From positions 12,694 through 76,693 of the forward strand of contig NZ_JALHLP010000012.1 in NCBI RefSeq assembly GCF_022844465.1: 64,000 nt of DNA, in the 5' to 3' direction. The notes beneath the pieces were generated by a model. It had not been told where the DNA came from. It worked only from the letters and a program-made list of their open reading frames with translations, and did no database searches. A program made the position numbers and the translations under genes. Of the stretch, positions 31,368-42,162 are shown one piece after another. The number at the start of each line of letters is the position of its first letter. Positions within the stretch are counted from its first letter, which is position 1. This stretch comes from Bradyrhizobium sp. (GTDB lineage Bacteria; Pseudomonadota; Alphaproteobacteria; Rhizobiales; Xanthobacteraceae).

Positions 31368-31790
31368 TCAGCCGACGATTTCGTTGCCCGAAAAGAATTG
31401 CGCGATTTCGATCGCCGCAGTCTCCGGCGCGTCCGACCCATGAACCGAGTTCTCGCCGATCGAGCGCGCGTGAACCTTGCGGATGGTGCCCTCCGCCGCC
31501 TTCGAGGGGTCGGTGGCGCCCATCACGTCGCGATATCTGAGGACGGCGCCCTCGCCTTCAAGCACCTGCACCACCACCGGGCCCGAAATCATGAAGTCGA
31601 CCAGTTCGCCGAAGAACGGTCGCGCCTTGTGAACCGCATAGAAGGTCTCAGCGTGTTCCCGGGTCATGCGGATGCGCTTCTGGGCCACGATCCGCAGCCC
31701 GGCCTTTTCGATGAGCGCGTTGACGGCGCCGGTCAGATTGCGCGCGGTCGCGTCCGGCTTGATGATCGAGAACGTGCGTTCAACCGCCAT
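31368..31790 (-). CDS. ndk: Nucleoside diphosphate kinase
   Basis: [31 protein letters not shown]. Confidence 0.98.
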   Translation of the reverse strand: MAVERTFSIIKPDATARNLTGAVNALIEKAGLRIVAQKRIRMTREHAETFYAVHKARPFFGELVDFMISGPVVVQVLEGEGAVLRYRDVMGATDPSKAAEGTIRKVHARSIGENSVHGSDAPETAAIEIAQFFSGNEIVG

Positions 31791-32166
31791 GTCGAAGTCC
31801 TTACAAAAAACGCGGATTGGAGAGTTGCGGCGCTTATATCGGCGCGCCCCGTCGACGGCAAGCGGCTCGGTGACCTGCCTTCCCCGGCTCATTCCTGGTT
31901 CAAGGGCGCTGGGGAGCGCTTCGGACAGGAGCGCTTAGACGAATGGCTAGCAGTGGTTGACGCCGGCGCGCGCCCCGGTGGATGGGTCAGCCGGGCATTT
32001 TGCCGAGCTGGCCGAGCCGGCAGAGCTAACATGCTTCGGCCGTTTCGGGGTGGCGGCGTGCGACAAAACGCAAGCGAAACCAAATCTCCCGCCGTGACTT
32101 GTCCCTGCAAATACCACTCAAACCTTGCGACCGCTGCTGTGAGGTGGAACCGCCGAGAGAATAGCC

Positions 32167-32355
32167 ATGCAAACCCAAATCAACCGCGATCCAGAACAGC
32201 TTGATCACAGGACGTGCCGTTCCATCTGCGATGCCGTGGGTGAACGGCTGCAGCGAAGTATCCGCCCCGAGACCGATTTGCCCTCCCGCTTGCGCGAATT
32301 GGTGGACGAGCTTGTCCGGCGCGACCGCACTCGGTATCCAGGGCATCTGCGTTGA
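32167..32355 (+). CDS. Small hypothetical protein, NepR-like helix pair
   Basis: 62 aa; VGERLQRSI...DLPSRLRELVDEL resembles the NepR core pattern IG..L...Y....PDRF..LL..L. Confidence 0.55.
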   Translation: MQTQINRDPEQLDHRTCRSICDAVGERLQRSIRPETDLPSRLRELVDELVRRDRTRYPGHLR

Positions 32356-32455
32356 ACGCCTCGGGGCGCTACATATGCGTCCTGATCGATCGCTTGGGCG
32401 ATCGATTTCGCCAATAATGGGTTGCGTTTGCCGCTGGCTCCGGTGACAACCCCGC

Positions 32456-34354
32456 ATGCTTTCAATATCGGATATTTCCGTCCGCATCGCCGGGCGACTC
32501 TTGATCGATAACAGCACGGTGCAAATCGTGCCCGGCGCGCGCGTCGGCTTCGTCGGCCGCAACGGCGTCGGCAAGTCGACGCTGTTTAGTGCGATCCGAG
32601 GCGAGCTGCCGACCGAGTCGGGCAGTATCTCGATCCCACCGCGCTGGCGCATCGGCAGTCTGGCGCAGGAGGCGCCCGATGGGCCGGAAAGCCTGATTGA
32701 AGTCGTGCTCAAGGCCGATCAGGAGCGCGATGCGCTGCTGCGCGAAGCGGAGTCCGCCGATGACCCGCACCGGATCGCAGAAATCCAGACCCGGCTGGTT
32801 GACATCGACGCACACTCCGCGCCGGCGCGCGCGGCGGCGATCCTGAGCGGCCTCGGATTTTCCACCGCGGAACAGGCGCGGCCATGCGCCGAATTCTCGG
32901 GCGGCTGGCGCATGCGGGTGGCGTTGGCGGCGACGCTGTTTTCGGCGCCCGATCTGCTGTTGCTGGACGAGCCCACCAACTACCTCGATCTGGAAGGCAC
33001 GCTGTGGCTGGAAGACCATCTGGCGAATTATCCGCGCACCGTGATCGTGATCAGCCATGATCGCGATCTGCTCGATACCTCGGTCGATCAGATCCTGCAC
33101 CTCGACCGCTGCAAGCTGACACTCTACAAAGGCACCTATTCCTCCTTCGAGGAACAGCGCGCCAGCCGCGAGCTGCTCGACGCCAAGCATGCCAGGCGCC
33201 AGGCCGACGAGCGAAAGCGGCTGCAGGCCTTTGTCGATCGCTTCAAGGCGAAAGCCTCGAAGGCCCGCCAGGCACAGTCCCGGGTCAAGATGCTGGAGCG
33301 GATGAAGCCGGTCACCGCGCTGGTGACGCAGGACGTGCGCGAGATTTCGTTCCCGACACCGGAGCGGATGCTGTCGCCACCGATTATCGCGGTGGATGAC
33401 GTCTCGGTCGGCTATGATCCGAAGAAGCCGGTGCTCAACCGCGTGACACTGCGGATCGACACCGACGACCGCATTGCCCTGCTCGGTTCCAACGGCAACG
33501 GTAAATCGACGCTGGTCAAGCTTCTGGCCAACAAGCTGCAACCCTTTTCGGGGCGGACCACCCGCGCCGAAAAGCTGTCGGTGGGTTATTTCGCGCAGCA
33601 TCAGGTCGACGAACTCAGCCTCGACGCTTCCCCCTACGATCACGTCCGCAGGCTGATGCCCGACGCTCCCGAAACAAAGGTGCGCGCACGCACCGGCGCG
33701 ATCGGCTTTTCCGGCAAGGCCGGCGATACCCTGGTCAAGAGCCTGTCGGGCGGCGAGAAAGCCCGGCTGCTGCTGGGGCTGGCCACCTTCTTCGGCCCCA
33801 ATATGATCATCCTTGACGAGCCGACCAACCATCTTGATATCGACAGTCGCGCCGCGCTGGCCGAGGCCATCAACGATTTCCCCGGCGCCGTGATCATGGT
33901 CTCGCACGACCGCTATCTGATCGAGGCCTGCGCGGATCAATTGTGGGTCGTCGCCAACCAGACCGTGACCGTCTATGACGGCGATCTCGAAGACTACCGG
34001 CGGATGGTGCTGTCGGTCCGTGGCGCGCGTGGCGGATCGCGCGAGCGCGCCGGCGAACGCGGAAAACAGGGCGTCAAGGAAAGCGCCGGGAACAGCGTTT
34101 CGCCCGGCCGCGGCAGGAACGAAAAGCGGAAGCCGCTGAAGCAACGGATCGCTGAAGCCGAGGCGGAAGTCGAGCGCATTAATGCCATCATCGCCAAGAT
34201 TGACGCCGCCCTCGCCCTGCCTGATCTGTTTACCCGCGATCCCCGGCAAGCCGCCCAGCTGAGCAAGGCTCGCGCCGGCGCTGAAGACGCGCTGCGGCGG
34301 GCGGAGGAAGACTGGCTGCAGGCCAGTTCGCAGCATGATCAAGCGACGGGTTGA
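32456..34354 (+). CDS. ABC-F family ATP-binding protein
   Basis: Two ABC domains (GRNGVGKST, FSGGWRMR, LDEPTNYLD; GSNGNGKST, LSGGEKAR, LDEPTNHLD), no TM segments, C-terminal coiled coil. Confidence 0.95.
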   Translation: MLSISDISVRIAGRLLIDNSTVQIVPGARVGFVGRNGVGKSTLFSAIRGELPTESGSISIPPRWRIGSLAQEAPDGPESLIEVVLKADQERDALLREAESADDPHRIAEIQTRLVDIDAHSAPARAAAILSGLGFSTAEQARPCAEFSGGWRMRVALAATLFSAPDLLLLDEPTNYLDLEGTLWLEDHLANYPRTVIVISHDRDLLDTSVDQILHLDRCKLTLYKGTYSSFEEQRASRELLDAKHARRQADERKRLQAFVDRFKAKASKARQAQSRVKMLERMKPVTALVTQDVREISFPTPERMLSPPIIAVDDVSVGYDPKKPVLNRVTLRIDTDDRIALLGSNGNGKSTLVKLLANKLQPFSGRTTRAEKLSVGYFAQHQVDELSLDASPYDHVRRLMPDAPETKVRARTGAIGFSGKAGDTLVKSLSGGEKARLLLGLATFFGPNMIILDEPTNHLDIDSRAALAEAINDFPGAVIMVSHDRYLIEACADQLWVVANQTVTVYDGDLEDYRRMVLSVRGARGGSRERAGERGKQGVKESAGNSVSPGRGRNEKRKPLKQRIAEAEAEVERINAIIAKIDAALALPDLFTRDPRQAAQLSKARAGAEDALRRAEEDWLQASSQHDQATG

Positions 34355-34356
34355 GC

Positions 34357-34893
34357 CTATGCGGCCGGTTTCTTCTTCGGCTTGGCGGCTTTTGCCGGCG
34401 CAGCCGGCTCGGGCGCACGCTCGATCGAGGTCAGCCGTCCCGCGGTGAAGGTGTAGATGCCAGCCCGCTGCCCCCGCGAATAGTTGATGACAGCGACCCG
34501 GTCGCCGCGCGGATTGTTGGACAAATTCACATTGTCGGGCGCGCCGATGCCACGCACCACGTCGCATTCGGTATGACCGAGCGCCACAGTGCCCGTGGTC
34601 GACGGCGGCGGGCTGGCCGCCGCGCCATCGGCCAGGGCGTTGGCGTCCGCGCCCGGCGGCGCCATTCCCGGGCAGCCGCCGTCGGCGCTGACCAGTTCGT
34701 CGGGCGCGACCGCCTTGGTCGGCGTGAGCGGCGGCGTGTCGATCGACACGTTGCGGATGAACACGCGGCCGGAGCGTGAAAACCAGTCCGCGTCCTTTGA
34801 CAGCAGGTCGGAAGCGCCCGAGCAGCCCGCCAGCGCGGGAGCGAGCAGCAACCAGATCAGCAGAGGTTTCCGATCGATCGTTCCGAGTCGCAC
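34357..34893 (-). CDS. Hypothetical lipoprotein
   Basis: Lipobox LAGC; C-terminal ECDVVRGIGAPD...IYTFTAGRLTSIE is BamE/SmpA-like in pattern. Confidence 0.75.
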   Translation of the reverse strand: MRLGTIDRKPLLIWLLLAPALAGCSGASDLLSKDADWFSRSGRVFIRNVSIDTPPLTPTKAVAPDELVSADGGCPGMAPPGADANALADGAAASPPPSTTGTVALGHTECDVVRGIGAPDNVNLSNNPRGDRVAVINYSRGQRAGIYTFTAGRLTSIERAPEPAAPAKAAKPKKKPAA

Positions 34894-35015
34894 GCTACAC
34901 TATGCTCCTGCCCTAGACTGTAACCATTTGTCCGAACATCACTTTGCGGCATGACCATGGCTGCACGAAAGATCAGGCGCAGCAACGGCAGAGTATCATC
35001 GATTCCCGTGGATCG

Positions 35016-35468
35016 CTATTGCCGACGTTGCCACCGTCCCCGCTCGTCGGTCTGCCAATACGTCACCTCGAAGCCACGCGCCTTGCAATCGGTCCAGACT
35101 TCGCGCGCCGTGGTCAGTGCGTCGGCGTCGTCGCCATTGAAGACCAGCACGAGCCGTTCGTAATTTTCCGAATCGGCCGGCAGCGCGGCGTTGTCGATCA
35201 GGAACCTGACCTGGGCGCGGTTCGGGTTGCGTTCATCGATCGAGAGGATGATGGGCTGGTCCTGTGCGTCGCCGTCATGCGAGGTGCCGTGCGGCAGGAA
35301 GGAATCCTCGCTGTAGCTCCATAGGTGGGCGTCGAGCGCGTCGGTTCGCTCCTGCGAGGTGGATTGCACCACCACGCGCCAGCCGCGCTCCAGCGACTTT
35401 TCCAGCAACGGCGGCAACACGCTCTCGATCGACATGTTCTGCAGGTGGTAGAATAGGATTTCCGTCAT
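35016..35468 (-). CDS. holC: DNA polymerase III subunit chi
   Basis: MTEILFYHL, LLEKSLERGWR, LDAHLWSY...FLPHG, YWQ. Confidence 0.95.
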   Translation of the reverse strand: MTEILFYHLQNMSIESVLPPLLEKSLERGWRVVVQSTSQERTDALDAHLWSYSEDSFLPHGTSHDGDAQDQPIILSIDERNPNRAQVRFLIDNAALPADSENYERLVLVFNGDDADALTTAREVWTDCKARGFEVTYWQTDERGRWQRRQ

Positions 35469-35489
35469 CCGGATTTTCCATCCATCGAG

Positions 35490-36992
35490 CTACTTCTTGG
35501 CTTCGTAATGTTCCGCGACCAGCCGTTCCAGCAGCCGAACGCCGTAGCCCGAGCCCCAGCTGTGGTTGATATCGGTGTTGGGCGCGCCCATGGCGGTTCC
35601 TGCGATGTCGAGATGGGCCCACGGTGTATTGTCTACGAATCGCTGCAGGAACTGCGCGGCCGTGATCGAGCCGCCGTTGCGCACGCCGGCGTTCTTGACG
35701 TCGGCGAACTTCGAATCGATCAGCTTGTCGTATTCCGGACCGAGCGGCATCCGCCAGACGCGCTCCCCGGTTTCGTTCCCGGCCCTGCTCAGCCGCTCTG
35801 ACAATTCATCGTTGTTGGAGAACATGCCGGCGTATTCGGTTCCGAGCGCAACCATGATCGCGCCGGTCAGCGTCGCGAGATCGACCATGAACTTGGGCTT
35901 GAACTTCTTGGCGACGTACCAGAGGACGTCGGCGAGCACGAGCCGGCCTTCGGCGTCGGTGTTGATGATCTCGATGGTCTGGCCTGACATTGAGGTGACG
36001 ATGTCGCCCGGGCGCTGGGCATTGCCGTCGGGCATGTTCTCCACCAGGCCGATCGCGCCGACGACGTTGACTTTGGCCTTGCGCGCGGCCAGCGCGTGCA
36101 TCAGCCCGACCACGCAGGCCGCCCCGCCCATGTCGCCCTTCATGTCTTCCATGCTGGCGGCGCCCTTGATGGAAATTCCGCCGGTGTCGAAACAAACGCC
36201 CTTGCCGACGAACGCCACGGGTTGATCGCCCTTCTTGCCGCCGTGCCAGCGCATGATCACGGTTCGACCGGGCTGCGTGGAGCCCTGCGCGACGCCGAGC
36301 AGCGCGCCCATCCCGAGTTTCTTCATCGCCGGGACGTCAAGTACCTCGACATCGACGCCGAGCTTCCTGAGCTGGCTCGCGCGCCGCGCGAATTCCACGG
36401 GGTAAAGGATATTCGGCGGCTCATTGACCAGTTCGCGCGCCATGATGACGCCGTCCACGACATGGGACGCCGGCGCAAACGCCTTGCGCGCCGCGGCGAC
36501 ATCGCCGACGGCAAGCGAAACGTCGGCGCGCAGGGTCTCGCTCTCGCCCTCCTTCTTCTTGGTTTTGTAGCGGTCGAAGCGGTAGGCGCGCAGCCGGATA
36601 CCCGACGCAATCGCGGCGGCGGCGTCGGCCGGCATGGCCCCGTCCGGCAGTTCGGCGATGATGGTGACCACCGTGCTGGCGGCGTTGAGCTTGCCTGCGG
36701 TCACGCCGCCAAACCTAAGAAAGTCCTTCTCCTCGATGTCAGCCACCTTGCCGAGGCCGACGACGATCAGCCGCTCCGCCTTGATTCCCTCCGGCGCGGG
36801 CATATCGAGCGTTGAAGCGCTCTTGCCCTTGAACTGGTTGGCGGCGGCCGCACGCTTGAGCGTGTCGGCGGCCGTCCCGAGCGCCTTCCGCGTTTCCGCG
36901 CCGTACTTCAGGGCATCGTCGCAAAACACCACGAGAACGCCGCGAGTCGCTGCGGGAAAAGCGACAAAACCGACCTTGACGGCGTCGGGCAT
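35490..36992 (-). CDS. pepA: Leucyl aminopeptidase (M17)
   Basis: [51 protein letters not shown]. Confidence 0.96.
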   Translation of the reverse strand: MPDAVKVGFVAFPAATRGVLVVFCDDALKYGAETRKALGTAADTLKRAAAANQFKGKSASTLDMPAPEGIKAERLIVVGLGKVADIEEKDFLRFGGVTAGKLNAASTVVTIIAELPDGAMPADAAAAIASGIRLRAYRFDRYKTKKKEGESETLRADVSLAVGDVAAARKAFAPASHVVDGVIMARELVNEPPNILYPVEFARRASQLRKLGVDVEVLDVPAMKKLGMGALLGVAQGSTQPGRTVIMRWHGGKKGDQPVAFVGKGVCFDTGGISIKGAASMEDMKGDMGGAACVVGLMHALAARKAKVNVVGAIGLVENMPDGNAQRPGDIVTSMSGQTIEIINTDAEGRLVLADVLWYVAKKFKPKFMVDLATLTGAIMVALGTEYAGMFSNNDELSERLSRAGNETGERVWRMPLGPEYDKLIDSKFADVKNAGVRNGGSITAAQFLQRFVDNTPWAHLDIAGTAMGAPNTDINHSWGSGYGVRLLERLVAEHYEAKK

Positions 36993-37336
36993 GGGTAGAT
37001 CCTCCAGTATTCAGGCTGTCCTGCGGGTCCGGAATCGGCCCCGCGGTCGTCGACGAGTTATGATTGACCGGCCAGATCGCGCGGGACGCGACGTTCCTGC
37101 ACTATGGCCTGCCCGCCGCGCCGCTGCCAAGCGTCGCCGTGGCGCGTTCGCCACATCGGGTGAATATTAACCATCCAGCCAAGGTGCCACGCCCCGGCCA
37201 TTTTGTTGATGGATCAAAGGGATGATAGAGAAGATGAGGCGGCGCGCCGCTTGCGGTCCGACCAAGGGACAACCGGTAACGGGATTGGTCTGACAGCGGC
37301 TCGGCAAGTGCGCAAGGTGGGATCGTGCGGTAACCG

Positions 37337-38506
37337 ATGGGGTCGATCGACAGGTACATTTTCCGCACGACGCTCGCGTCGTTTGCGCTGGTGCTGGTCA
37401 GCCTGACGGGCGTGATCTGGATTACCCAGGCGTTGCGCGGCATCGACTTGATGACCAGCCAAGGCCAGACCATCATCACCTTCCTCGGCATCACCAGCCT
37501 GGTGATTCCGGCGCTGGTGCTGATCATCGCGCCGATTGCGCTGATGATTGCGATCTCGCACACGCTGAACAAGCTCGCCACCGATTCCGAAATCATCGTG
37601 ATGAACGCCGCCGGCTTCTCTCCCTTCCGGCTGTTCCGCCCGTTTTTCTACGCCAGCTGCGTCGTGGCGATCGTGGTTGCGTTCATCGCCGCCCATCTCG
37701 CCCCCGACGGCATGCGCCGCATCAAGCAATGGGACGCCGAGATCACCGCGGACGTGCTCACCAACATTCTGCAACCGGGACGCTTCGCCCAGCTCGACCA
37801 GAACCTGACGATTCGCATCCGCGAGCGCCTGCCCGGCGGCGTACTGGCCGGCATCTTCGTCGACGATCGCCGCGACCCGAAAGAGCGCGTCACCATCATT
37901 GCCGACCGCGGCACGGTCCTTCGCAACGAGAGCGGCTCCTATCTGGTTCTGGAGGACGGCAATCTCGAACGCTTCGAGACCGGAAAGCGGGATCCGGCGC
38001 TGGTGGCGTTCGGCCGGTACGCCTTCGACATGTCGAAATTCTCCAATCGCGGCCGTGACGTCACCTTGGGGATTCGCGAACGCTATCTCTGGGAACTGGT
38101 CTCGCCCGCCGAGGACGATCCGGTGTTCAAGCAGTTGTCAGGTCAATTCTACGCCGAACTGCACGATCGCTTGATGTCGCCGCTTTACCCCTTTGCGTTT
38201 GCGGTCCTCACCTTTGCTTTTCTCGGCACCCCGCGCACCACGCGGCAGAGCCGCAATTTCTCGATCGGCGGATCGATCCTGGCGGTGTTCGGCCTGCGCA
38301 TGGCGGGATTCGCCTGTTCGGTGATGACGGTGAAGACCCCGGCAATGGCCTTGGTCCAGTATGCGATGCTGTTCGGTTCGATGGGTGTCGGGTTGTGGAT
38401 GATCGTCGGCGGCGTCGTGGTTGAACCCCCGGCCGCGCTGATGGAGGCGATCAACAGGTCGAACGCGCGGTTGGCACGGCTGTTTGGACGACCGGCCACG
38501 GCATGA
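37337..38506 (+). CDS. lptF: LPS export ABC permease LptF
   Basis: YjgP/YjgQ family, IDRYIFR start, DSEIIVMNAAG; first gene of the lptFGD operon. Confidence 0.92.
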   Translation: MGSIDRYIFRTTLASFALVLVSLTGVIWITQALRGIDLMTSQGQTIITFLGITSLVIPALVLIIAPIALMIAISHTLNKLATDSEIIVMNAAGFSPFRLFRPFFYASCVVAIVVAFIAAHLAPDGMRRIKQWDAEITADVLTNILQPGRFAQLDQNLTIRIRERLPGGVLAGIFVDDRRDPKERVTIIADRGTVLRNESGSYLVLEDGNLERFETGKRDPALVAFGRYAFDMSKFSNRGRDVTLGIRERYLWELVSPAEDDPVFKQLSGQFYAELHDRLMSPLYPFAFAVLTFAFLGTPRTTRQSRNFSIGGSILAVFGLRMAGFACSVMTVKTPAMALVQYAMLFGSMGVGLWMIVGGVVVEPPAALMEAINRSNARLARLFGRPATA

Positions 38507-39600
38507 ACATGATGACGAACACCCTTGGGCGATATTTCGCCGGCCGCTTCCTGGTCGCGGCAGTGGGCGTGTTCGCCAGCATCTTCGTGCTGCTGGTGCT
38601 GGTCGACTATATCGAAATGGTCCGCAAGACCTCGGGCCTGGCATCGGCCTCCGCGATCACGGTGGCGCAGACCTCGCTGTTCCGCGTGCCGCAACTGCTC
38701 GAAAAGCTGATGCCGTTCTGCGTGCTGATCGGCGCGATGACCTGCTATCTGGCGCTGTCGCGGCGGCTCGAACTGGTGGTCGCGCGCGCCGCCGGCGTGT
38801 CCGCGTGGCAGTTCATCGCCCCCGCCCTGGCAAGCTCGATCATCCTCGGCATCCTGGCGACGACCGCCTACAATCCGGTGTCGGCGCACTTACGCGAGCT
38901 CTCCAAGCGGATGGAGGCCGAACTGTTCGGCTCGGCGCCCGGAGGCGGCATCCAGGACGCCGCCGGTTTCTGGCTTAACCAGATCAACAGCGACGGACAG
39001 TCGATCATCAATGCCGCGCGCAGCGAGCAGCAGGGGGCGCGGCTGACCGGGCTCACCGTGTTCCGGTTCGACACCGATCTCCAGTTCAAGGAGCGAATCG
39101 AGGCGCGGGAAGCAACCCTTGAGGACGGGCGCTGGGTCTTCAAATCGGTACGCAGATACTCCCTGGACAAGCCGCCGGTGGACCAGGATGACTATTACCT
39201 CACCACCACCCTCACCCCTGCCCAGGTCCGCAATAGTTTCTCCACCCCGGAAACCGTGTCTTTTTGGCAACTGCCTGGCTATATTAGGTCTTCCGAGAGC
39301 TCCGGCTTCGCCACCGCCGGTTACCGCCTGCAGTACCATAAGCTCATCGCACAGCCGTTTTTGCTGGCTGCGATGGTCATGTTGGCGGCTTCCGTCAGCC
39401 TCCGCTTCTTCCGGATGGGAGGCGTCCAAAAGATGGTTTTGAGTGGCGTGGGAGCAGGCTTTCTGCTCTACGTTCTATCGAAAGTTACTGAGGATTTGAG
39501 CAAGGCTGAGTTGATGCATCCCATCGCTGCGGCGTGGCTGCCCGTCTGTGTGGGCGGCCTCACCGGCTTTCTAGCTTTGCTGTACCAGGAGGACGGGTAG
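38503..39600 (+). CDS. lptG: LPS export ABC permease LptG
   Basis: LGRYF, SRRLELVVARAAGVS, PETVSFWQL; 4-nt overlap with lptF. Confidence 0.92.
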   Translation: MNMMTNTLGRYFAGRFLVAAVGVFASIFVLLVLVDYIEMVRKTSGLASASAITVAQTSLFRVPQLLEKLMPFCVLIGAMTCYLALSRRLELVVARAAGVSAWQFIAPALASSIILGILATTAYNPVSAHLRELSKRMEAELFGSAPGGGIQDAAGFWLNQINSDGQSIINAARSEQQGARLTGLTVFRFDTDLQFKERIEAREATLEDGRWVFKSVRRYSLDKPPVDQDDYYLTTTLTPAQVRNSFSTPETVSFWQLPGYIRSSESSGFATAGYRLQYHKLIAQPFLLAAMVMLAASVSLRFFRMGGVQKMVLSGVGAGFLLYVLSKVTEDLSKAELMHPIAAAWLPVCVGGLTGFLALLYQEDG

Positions 39601-42098
39601 TGGCCGTTGTCGCCACCCGCCAGTTGAGGCCGCCTGCGCGCAGGCGGCGCACCGCCGTGCGCCGCTATCGGGCCCGCTTGGCTGCCTTCGGCGCCCCCTT
39701 GATCGCCCTGCTCGTCGGCCTCTTGCTCGCCGGAACCCTCGAGCTTGCCTCGATCGCATCCGCCTCGGCGCAAAGCTTCACCTACAATCCGCGACCGCCA
39801 AGACCCCCGCCGCGTCCCGCCAACAATGACGGCAAGATGCTCGTGCAGGCGGTCGAGGTGAATTACGACTACAACAATCAGCGCGTGTCGGCGGTCGGCA
39901 ATGTGCAGATGTACCACAACGGTACCAGCATTGAGGCCGACAAGGTCACCTATGACCAGAAGACCAAGCGACTGCATGCCGAAGGCAACATCCGCCTGAC
40001 CGACGCGCAAGGCAAAGTCACCTATGCCAGCTTCCTGGATCTGAGCGACGACTACCGCGATGGCTTCGTCGATTCGCTGCGCGTCGACACCGCGGACGAC
40101 ACCCGCATGGCGGCGACGCGGGCCGACCGTTCCGCCGGCAATTACACCGTGTTCGAAAACGGCGTCTATACCGCCTGCGCGCCCTGCAAGGACAACCCGA
40201 AGAAGCCGCCGCTGTGGCAGGTCAAGGGCGCGCGCATCATCCACGACCAGACCGAGAAGATGCTGTACTTCGAGAACGCGCAACTCGAGTTCTTCGGCGT
40301 GCCGATGGCGTATCTGCCATACTTCTCGACCCCCGACCCGACCGTGAAGCGCAAGACCGGGTTCTTGATGCCGGGCTTCATGCAGTCCTCGACCTTCGGC
40401 TCCGCGCTCGAGACCCCGTTCTACTGGGCGATCGCGCCCGACTATGACGCCACATTCACGCCGCGCTTCACCAGCCGCCAGGGCGTGCTGTTCCAGGGCG
40501 AATTTCGCCAGCGCTTGGTCAACGGATCGTACCAGATCAGGGGTTATGGCATCAGCCAGATGGATCAGGGCGCCTTTGCCGGACAACCCGGTGATCGCCA
40601 GTTCCGCGGCGGCGTCGATACCAAGGGCCAGTTCGCGCTTTCCGACAAATGGGTCTGGGGCTGGGATGGCGTCCTGCTGACCGATCACTTCTTCTTCTCG
40701 GACTACCGGCTTGCGCAGTACCGGGATCCACTCGGCTCGTTCCTCAGCCTGCCGACCGAGGCGTTGTCGCAGCTCTATCTCACCGGCGTCGGCAATCGCA
40801 GCTTCTTCGATGCGCGCACGATCCATTACCTCAGCTACTCAGGCAGCCAGGACAAGGTTCCGGTCATCCATCCCGTCATCGACTATTCGAACGTGATCAA
40901 CCGTCCGATCTTCGGCGGCGAAGTCAGCTACAAGACCAATTTCACCAGCCTGTCGCGCTCGACGGCGGCCTTCGATCCGATCACGACGCTGGCCAACACC
41001 AACGGACTGTGCCTGACGGCCTCGGCCGACCCGCTGGCGCGGTTGCCGGCGCAATGCCTGCTGCGCGGCATACCCGGCACCTACACGCGGCTGACGGCCG
41101 AGGCGCAATGGCGGCGGTCGTTCACCGATACGGCCGGTCAGATCTGGACGCCGTTTGCGATCCTGCGCGCGGACGCCATCGACGCCTCGATTTCCAACCA
41201 GCCAGGCGTTTCGAACTTCCTGCCGGTCGGCGACACCCAGGCGCTGCGGGTGATGCCGACCGTTGGCCTCGAATACCGCTACCCCTTCATCAACGTGCAG
41301 CCCTGGGGCACCACCACGATCGAGCCGATCGCGCAGGTCATCCTCCGCCCCAATGAAAGCCATGCCGGCAGGCTGCCTAACGAAGACGCGCAGAGCATGG
41401 TGTTCGACGCCAGCAACCTGTTCGCCGTCGACAAGTTCTCGGGCTATGACCGCGTCGAAGGCGGCGGACGCGCCAATGTCGGCGTCCAGGCGACCACCCA
41501 GTTCGACCGCGGCGGCAGCATCAACGTGCTGTTCGGCCAATCCTATCAATTGTTCGGCCTGAATTCGTTTGCGGTTTCCGACCCGACCAATACCGGGCTG
41601 GCTTCCGGCTTGCAGAATCCCCGCTCCGACTACGTCGCCCGCGTCAATTATTCGCCGAACCGGACCTACACGTTCAGCGTGCGCTCGCGCACCGACGAGG
41701 CGACGATGAACATCAACCGGTTCGAGGCCGAAGGAAAAGCCGCTTTCGACCGCTGGTCGGTGAGCATGATGTACGGCAATTACGCTGCCCAGCCGGAGCT
41801 CGGATACCTGACGCGACGGGAAGGCCTGCTCGGCAGCGCTTCGCTCAAGGTTGCGACCAACTGGGTGGTCTCGGGCGGCGCGCGCTGGGATCTCGAAGCC
41901 AACAAGCTGAACCAGTACATCATCGGCGCCGGCTATGTGGACGACTGCTTCGTGCTGGCCGCCAACTACGTCACCTCCTACACCTATTCTGCGGGGACGA
42001 CGCCCCCGGTGCTGAGCCACGGCTTCATGTTCCAGATTGGCTTGCGGACAATTGCCAATTCGTCGACGTCGGCCAGCGGCGCCGGCTTTCTCCAGTAG
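39600..42098 (+). CDS. lptD: LPS-assembly protein LptD
   Basis: OstA-like N-domain, YTACAPC, PLWQVK, RKTGFL, FSGYDRVEGG, GYVDDCF; GTG overlapping the lptG stop. Confidence 0.95.
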   Translation: MAVVATRQLRPPARRRRTAVRRYRARLAAFGAPLIALLVGLLLAGTLELASIASASAQSFTYNPRPPRPPPRPANNDGKMLVQAVEVNYDYNNQRVSAVGNVQMYHNGTSIEADKVTYDQKTKRLHAEGNIRLTDAQGKVTYASFLDLSDDYRDGFVDSLRVDTADDTRMAATRADRSAGNYTVFENGVYTACAPCKDNPKKPPLWQVKGARIIHDQTEKMLYFENAQLEFFGVPMAYLPYFSTPDPTVKRKTGFLMPGFMQSSTFGSALETPFYWAIAPDYDATFTPRFTSRQGVLFQGEFRQRLVNGSYQIRGYGISQMDQGAFAGQPGDRQFRGGVDTKGQFALSDKWVWGWDGVLLTDHFFFSDYRLAQYRDPLGSFLSLPTEALSQLYLTGVGNRSFFDARTIHYLSYSGSQDKVPVIHPVIDYSNVINRPIFGGEVSYKTNFTSLSRSTAAFDPITTLANTNGLCLTASADPLARLPAQCLLRGIPGTYTRLTAEAQWRRSFTDTAGQIWTPFAILRADAIDASISNQPGVSNFLPVGDTQALRVMPTVGLEYRYPFINVQPWGTTTIEPIAQVILRPNESHAGRLPNEDAQSMVFDASNLFAVDKFSGYDRVEGGGRANVGVQATTQFDRGGSINVLFGQSYQLFGLNSFAVSDPTNTGLASGLQNPRSDYVARVNYSPNRTYTFSVRSRTDEATMNINRFEAEGKAAFDRWSVSMMYGNYAAQPELGYLTRREGLLGSASLKVATNWVVSGGARWDLEANKLNQYIIGAGYVDDCFVLAANYVTSYTYSAGTTPPVLSHGFMFQIGLRTIANSSTSASGAGFLQ

Positions 42099-42162
42099 TG
42101 CGGGGCTTGCCCTTGCCGGAGATGCTTGGCCATCGCGATTCGAATGGGTTGATGCGACTGAC

